DNA of 64,000 bases, taken from contig CAXXXF010000016.1 in the NCBI GenBank assembly GCA_963667175.2, positions 352,001 through 416,000 of the forward strand, given 5' to 3'. The notes below the pieces were generated by a model. It was not told where the DNA came from. It saw only the letters and a list, made by a program, of their open reading frames with translations, and ran no database searches. This DNA is from Candidatus Latescibacterota bacterium. Lineage in GTDB: Bacteria > Latescibacterota > UBA2968 > GCA-2709665. The first letter of the stretch is position 1; each line of letters begins with the position of its first letter. This document shows positions 60,380-64,000 of this stretch, piece by piece. A program made the position numbers and the translations under genes.

Positions 60380-60480
60380 TTATACGGAATCCTCGTTGGT
60401 CGTGTTCAACAGGTTTCGCAACGTCGGCAGGAGGAACGGGATGGCATCTTGGATCATAGCCCAGATCAGATTGTCCCTTC
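60379..60480 (-). pseudogene. C-terminal remnant of a HEPN/DUF86 toxin
   Basis: Manual translation DNLIWAMIQDAIPFLLPTLRNLL...* resembles DUF86 C-termini; lies downstream of an MNT pseudogene. Confidence 0.55.
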
Positions 60481-60533
60481 CACTCAGGTCGGCATCTGAA
60501 CGCGCCGGAGACTCAGGCAAGCACCACCAGTGT

Positions 60534-61307
60534 CTAAATATCCTTTATCATCTTCTCAATAATATCGTAGTCTCGATTGGGTGCAACGAAAGAATAGCCG
60601 GAAAAAATCACTAAAATTAAACGCGATAGGACTTTTTGATCCTCGTCATTCTTGCCCGTCGTTTCGAAGCGTGTAAGATAAGATTCCAATGCCTTGAAGA
60701 AATCGAATACCTCTTGATCTGCGATTGGATAATTCTGAAGGATAAATTTGATTTGGTCCTTTAGTATCTGCAAATTCAAAACAATCTCGCGAAACTCTGG
60801 GACATCTTCATTGATATAGTTGAGAAATGCGTAATATCCTTCATCGGCATTTTCACAGCCATTTAGGAAAACGTCTCGGAAGCCGTCAATTGTCAAGAGT
60901 TTCTGTATAGTTGGGTCATCGTTATGAAGATCTTTCATTCCACCATTGCTGCTAGCAGAAATTATCTCGGATAGAATATCGCGCTTGATCCTTTCGTAAT
61001 GTTTTACAGAGTTAGACCTGATTATATTTCGTTTCCTTCTTTCCGGAATGAAAACCACCATAAAATAGAAAATACATGACACAATGAATCCAACCAGAAA
61101 TTGGGGAAATATCGCATAGAATCCTTCCCACCCAGCTCGATCACTTAACTGTCCTTTGATCCATTTATACTCAATTGAAATAATCAAAACGTACACAATG
61201 AGAATGAAAGAAAACCAGAGCCAAACTCTTGAAAAAGCGCGCGATAAGTAAGTCAATACACGTAGAAGCGTCACACCCATCCTTCGTAACCTTCCTTTAT
61301 CAGACAT
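60534..61307 (-). CDS. AT-rich hypothetical protein with two N-terminal TM helices
   Basis: 257-aa ORF with strongly AT-rich codons; two hydrophobic segments then a soluble helical domain. Confidence 0.65.
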   Translation of the reverse strand: MSDKGRLRRMGVTLLRVLTYLSRAFSRVWLWFSFILIVYVLIISIEYKWIKGQLSDRAGWEGFYAIFPQFLVGFIVSCIFYFMVVFIPERRKRNIIRSNSVKHYERIKRDILSEIISASSNGGMKDLHNDDPTIQKLLTIDGFRDVFLNGCENADEGYYAFLNYINEDVPEFREIVLNLQILKDQIKFILQNYPIADQEVFDFFKALESYLTRFETTGKNDEDQKVLSRLILVIFSGYSFVAPNRDYDIIEKMIKDI

Positions 61308-61589
61308 TGATCACCTCCCGTTCCACGTAGGGGCGTATCTCCATCCGTAGATCCTGGCGGGTTGCCAAATCCACCGGTCGCCCCAACTGATCTTCCAGGT
61401 ATGCCTGAGCGCCGAAATAAGTTCCCAATCTGGCGGCACGCCAAACCGCACCAGGACATCTACGTCGCTGTCCCCTGCGGCCTGGTCTCGGGCAAAGGAG
61501 CCGAAGAGGGCCAGCTCGGTGACGCCAAAACGCTGCCCAAGGGTCGCCTTGTGCGCTCGGAGCACGCCCAGGACTTCATCTCTCGTCAT
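61300..61589 (-). pseudogene. Frameshifted MNT-type nucleotidyltransferase antitoxin
   Basis: LALFGSFARDQA..DSDVDVLV, then YLEDQLGRPVDL...IRPYVERE in another frame; 290 bp, not a multiple of 3. Confidence 0.8.
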
Positions 61590-61721
61590 CGGATCTCTCT
61601 GGGGTCCGGAGGTTCGTATGCCAACAGCGCCGACTTTCGCTGTCGCTATTCCGTGGCATTGCCTCTCCCTCCGGGTACGTCTCAATTGGCCAGCTTCTTC
61701 GCATGTATCCGCTCTCGGATC

Positions 61722-62088
61722 CTATTTTACGGTTCCCTCACCTGGCTGAAACCGACCGATCATCTCACAAAAGGCCGCTTCCACTTTGGACTCGAAGTCC
61801 GCCTGCATTTCATAGACGTCGGTGAACTCTGCGAACGCCCACCGCCCGTAGTTCTCGTGGTTGTTCACGCCAGGCACCCAGTAGGTGTCCATAGTGGACT
61901 TCTTCTGTTTGGCGTCCTCACCACGATAGCCCTTGATTTCCACGATGAGGTGCAGAGGATCATCTTCACCCCGTCCGTCGTCAACCATGACGATAAAGTC
62001 GGGGATGTACGTCCGTGTTGTCGAACCATGTCTGTAGGGTGCTTCGAGCCCAAGATTGTGGTACTTAACGTAGGCTCGGACGCGAGGA
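61722..62088 (-). pseudogene. Duplicate 3' end of the restriction endonuclease gene
   Basis: PRVRAYVK...YIPDFIV...VEIKGYRGEDAK...WVPGVN...ADFESKVEA, near-identical to the 63436 gene with a different tail. Confidence 0.9.
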
Positions 62089-62102
62089 CAGGTCAACCCT
62101 CT

Positions 62103-62312
62103 TCATGTTATCACGACCTTCTCCTCATGATAGTCCTCGCCCGCCGCATCCAAAGCTTCGCGCCGGTTGAATTCCAATGCCTCGGAGAGGGTTTCCACGA
62201 GGCTCTGCCTTAATTCTTCATGGGTACGTTCCTGGCAATTCACGCCAGGCACTTCCTCAATCCAGCCAATCCACCACTCACCTCTGCGTTTCACGACGGC
62301 TGTGTATTCCAT
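62103..62312 (-). CDS. HicB-family antitoxin
   Basis: YTAVVK...WWIGWIEEVPGVNCQERT.EEL; followed by only the first six codons (MKRVDL) of hicA. Confidence 0.82.
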   Translation of the reverse strand: MEYTAVVKRRGEWWIGWIEEVPGVNCQERTHEELRQSLVETLSEALEFNRREALDAAGEDYHEEKVVIT

Positions 62313-62321
62313 GTTCACCTC

Positions 62322-62456
62322 GTTGTCTTGAAGGAAAGGCAACCTTCGACGGCGTCATAGAGGTTTGTCAGAAACTCCCCAAAGGACTCACCTTGCGTCG
62401 CACACCCAGGGCCGGGGGGTACTTGCACCGATGGATCACAAATTTCAATTTCATCG
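62322..62456 (-). pseudogene. Degraded second HicB-family gene
   Basis: MKLKFVIH, then GCATQGESFGEFLTNLYDAVEGCLS after a deletion/frameshift. Confidence 0.55.
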
Positions 62457-62531
62457 TTACCTCATCGACCAGTTGGAGGTCGCTGGTCGCCTCAATCATC
62501 ACGCTACCCCTTCCGCCGAAGGTGCAGCAGT

Positions 62532-63311
62532 TCACGCCGCAACACGTTGCAGGACCTTCCGATTGAAGTCTTCTCGGGAAGCCAGAGATGATATCATATC
62601 GCCGCCGACGTCGGAGAGTCTCGCCAGATCCCTCCTGGGGATCTCCGCCTGATCTTCGAACACGAGAATGGACTCGAAGTGGAGGTCGTGCCGGTGGAAA
62701 TGTGAGAGCATGATCGTCGTTAGACGTGCCTTGTCACGGTTTGGTACACCGTAGAGGAACAAAGGAACGTCCCCCTTGCCCTCGATGCGGTAGTCCACGG
62801 GGTAGACCTCGGCGTTTGGTACCCGCGGTTGGAAGTCCCGTTCGATCTTGGCTTCGTCCACCATGCTGAATAGGAGATCGGTCAAGTCGTCGTAGAACGT
62901 GGAACCGACGTTCGAGCGGGACAGCATCGTCAGGTCGTAGACCCTGGTCAGCGCCTGTCCAAAGGAAAAGATGGCTTCCGGCAGCCGTTCAGGTGACGTC
63001 TCCAGCGAAAAGGCCCCGCCGTCCCATTGAAGTCCGGTTTCACCCATGATGCGCTCAAGGAGCATCCCCCGCGTTCCATCCAGAAATGCGTCCACGTCAT
63101 GCTCGTAGCTGATGTGCATGAGTGTGTGTCCGCGATCCGACAGCCGGAACCCGCCCGACCCCACTTCGGCAAGGTGAATCGGATAGCGGTCTCCATCGGG
63201 AAACTCGAAACGCGTGCGAAGCATTAACGCTCCGTCAGAGCGTTGTTCGACTCCTACGTCTTCGCAGAGACGTTTGCATAATAGCTCTCGAAGCGCGTCG
63301 AGGTCGATCAT
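62532..63311 (-). CDS. DUF1828/DUF1829-like protein
   Basis: TRFEFPDGD...LSDRGHTL pattern; C-terminal nuclease-like VDY.I segment. Confidence 0.7.
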   Translation of the reverse strand: MIDLDALRELLCKRLCEDVGVEQRSDGALMLRTRFEFPDGDRYPIHLAEVGSGGFRLSDRGHTLMHISYEHDVDAFLDGTRGMLLERIMGETGLQWDGGAFSLETSPERLPEAIFSFGQALTRVYDLTMLSRSNVGSTFYDDLTDLLFSMVDEAKIERDFQPRVPNAEVYPVDYRIEGKGDVPLFLYGVPNRDKARLTTIMLSHFHRHDLHFESILVFEDQAEIPRRDLARLSDVGGDMISSLASREDFNRKVLQRVAA

Positions 63312-63435
63312 TAGAGCATCCGCTTCGGCATTGACCGGAGTCCTGCAAGCTCCTCGTCGGTATATAGCTTGGTATTCACGTGCAATCGCCGGCAGGCTCA
63401 TTCGAGTGATGACCCTACCTCGCCTCCCTTTTTGC

Positions 63436-64000
63436 TCAGGCTTCGACCGCCTGCTGGCCGAATCTCAGTATTTCGTTCCGGATCATTTCATCAAACGTCG
63501 CTTCCACTTTGGACTCGAAGTCCGCCTGTATTTCATACACGTCGGTGAACTCCGCGAACGCCCATCGCCCGTAGTTCTCGTGGTTGTTCACGCCAGGGAC
63601 CCAGTAGGTGTCCATAGTGGTCTTCTTCTGCTTGGCGTCCTCGCCTCGGTAGCCTTTGATTTCCACGATGAGGCGCAGGGGATCATCTTCACCCCGTCCG
63701 TCGTCAACGACGACGATAAAGTCTGGGATGTACGTCCGGGTTATCGAACCATGCCTGTAGGGTACTTCGAGTCCCAGATTGTGATTCTTAACGTAGGCTC
63801 GGACGCGCGGATGGGATTCGGCAACGCGGCAGAACTCCGCCTCCCAGTCGCTGTCCAGTACCACCCAATTGATATGGCAACGACGGGGGTCCGTTTGATA
63901 TCGCCTCGTTTTGGTCGTATTGAAATTCACCTGGGCGGTCGAACCGAACGGGTTGTAGGGATCGAGCACGGCCTTTACCGGACGACTGCCGATTTGCGCC
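63436..64000 (-). CDS. Type III-like restriction endonuclease (Res), C-terminal part
   Basis: DSDWEAEF, AYVKNHNLG..VPY, YIPDFIV...VEIKG PD-(D/E)XK motif; ORF open to the window edge; upstream of mod. Confidence 0.85.
   Translation of the reverse strand, partial: AQIGSRPVKAVLDPYNPFGSTAQVNFNTTKTRRYQTDPRRCHINWVVLDSDWEAEFCRVAESHPRVRAYVKNHNLGLEVPYRHGSITRTYIPDFIVVVDDGRGEDDPLRLIVEIKGYRGEDAKQKKTTMDTYWVPGVNNHENYGRWAFAEFTDVYEIQADFESKVEATFDEMIRNEILRFGQQAVEA

Larger units (their letters stand above)
35086..64000 (-). mobile_element. Defence island adjacent to tRNA-Ile2 (continues beyond the window)
   Basis: Abrupt switch from housekeeping genes to co-oriented minus-strand defence genes with visibly lower GC, pseudogenes and IS remnants; no integrase inside the window. 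Confidence 0.8.

Noticed and set aside
35086-64000. CRISPR array near the Cas4-like gene
   Set aside because: No regularly spaced short repeats with unique spacers were seen; the repeats are gene fragments.
35086-64000. Classical integron or tRNA-targeting integrative element
   Set aside because: No tyrosine or serine recombinase, no attC-like pattern recognised and no duplicated tRNA 3' end in the window; these could lie beyond 64000.

Overview
The window has two parts. Bases 1-35040 are GC-rich bacterial core genome, with a gene set (PorX/PorY-like pair next to tsaE, long-form ispG, rpsU-cvpA-mutS2-ispG-dnaG) suggesting an FCB-group lineage (inference). This part holds a polysaccharide cluster end, an OGG1-like glycosylase, ABC+DUF1854, a Rieske protein, an RND transporter, queC, a KamA-family radical SAM enzyme, UPF0182, murQ, a ClpX-like ATPase and RqcH/NFACT, and ends at tRNA-Ile2(CAT). 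Bases 35086-64000 are a visibly lower-GC, all minus-strand defence island built around a type III-like R-M backbone (Res, Mod, UvrD-like helicase). Its cargo is PHP-ATPase, RT-nitrilase, a TIGR04255 three-gene operon, AAA+DUF4276, transglycosylase+nucleotidyltransferase, DUF262/DUF1524, a Cas4-like nuclease, DUF1828 and TA remnants. The main finding is the island's architecture. Diverged copies of the 3' end of mod (4 in total), the 3' end of res (2) and the 5' end of uvrD (2) bracket the cargo genes. The scaffold mod-[slot]-AlbA/HATPase-mod'-[slot]-uvrD occurs twice with entirely different cargo, resembling an integrase-free, homology-anchored cassette array. A MITE inside a degraded IS1380 element and other small repeats are also present. 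All family assignments come from motif recognition by eye; no database searches were run.
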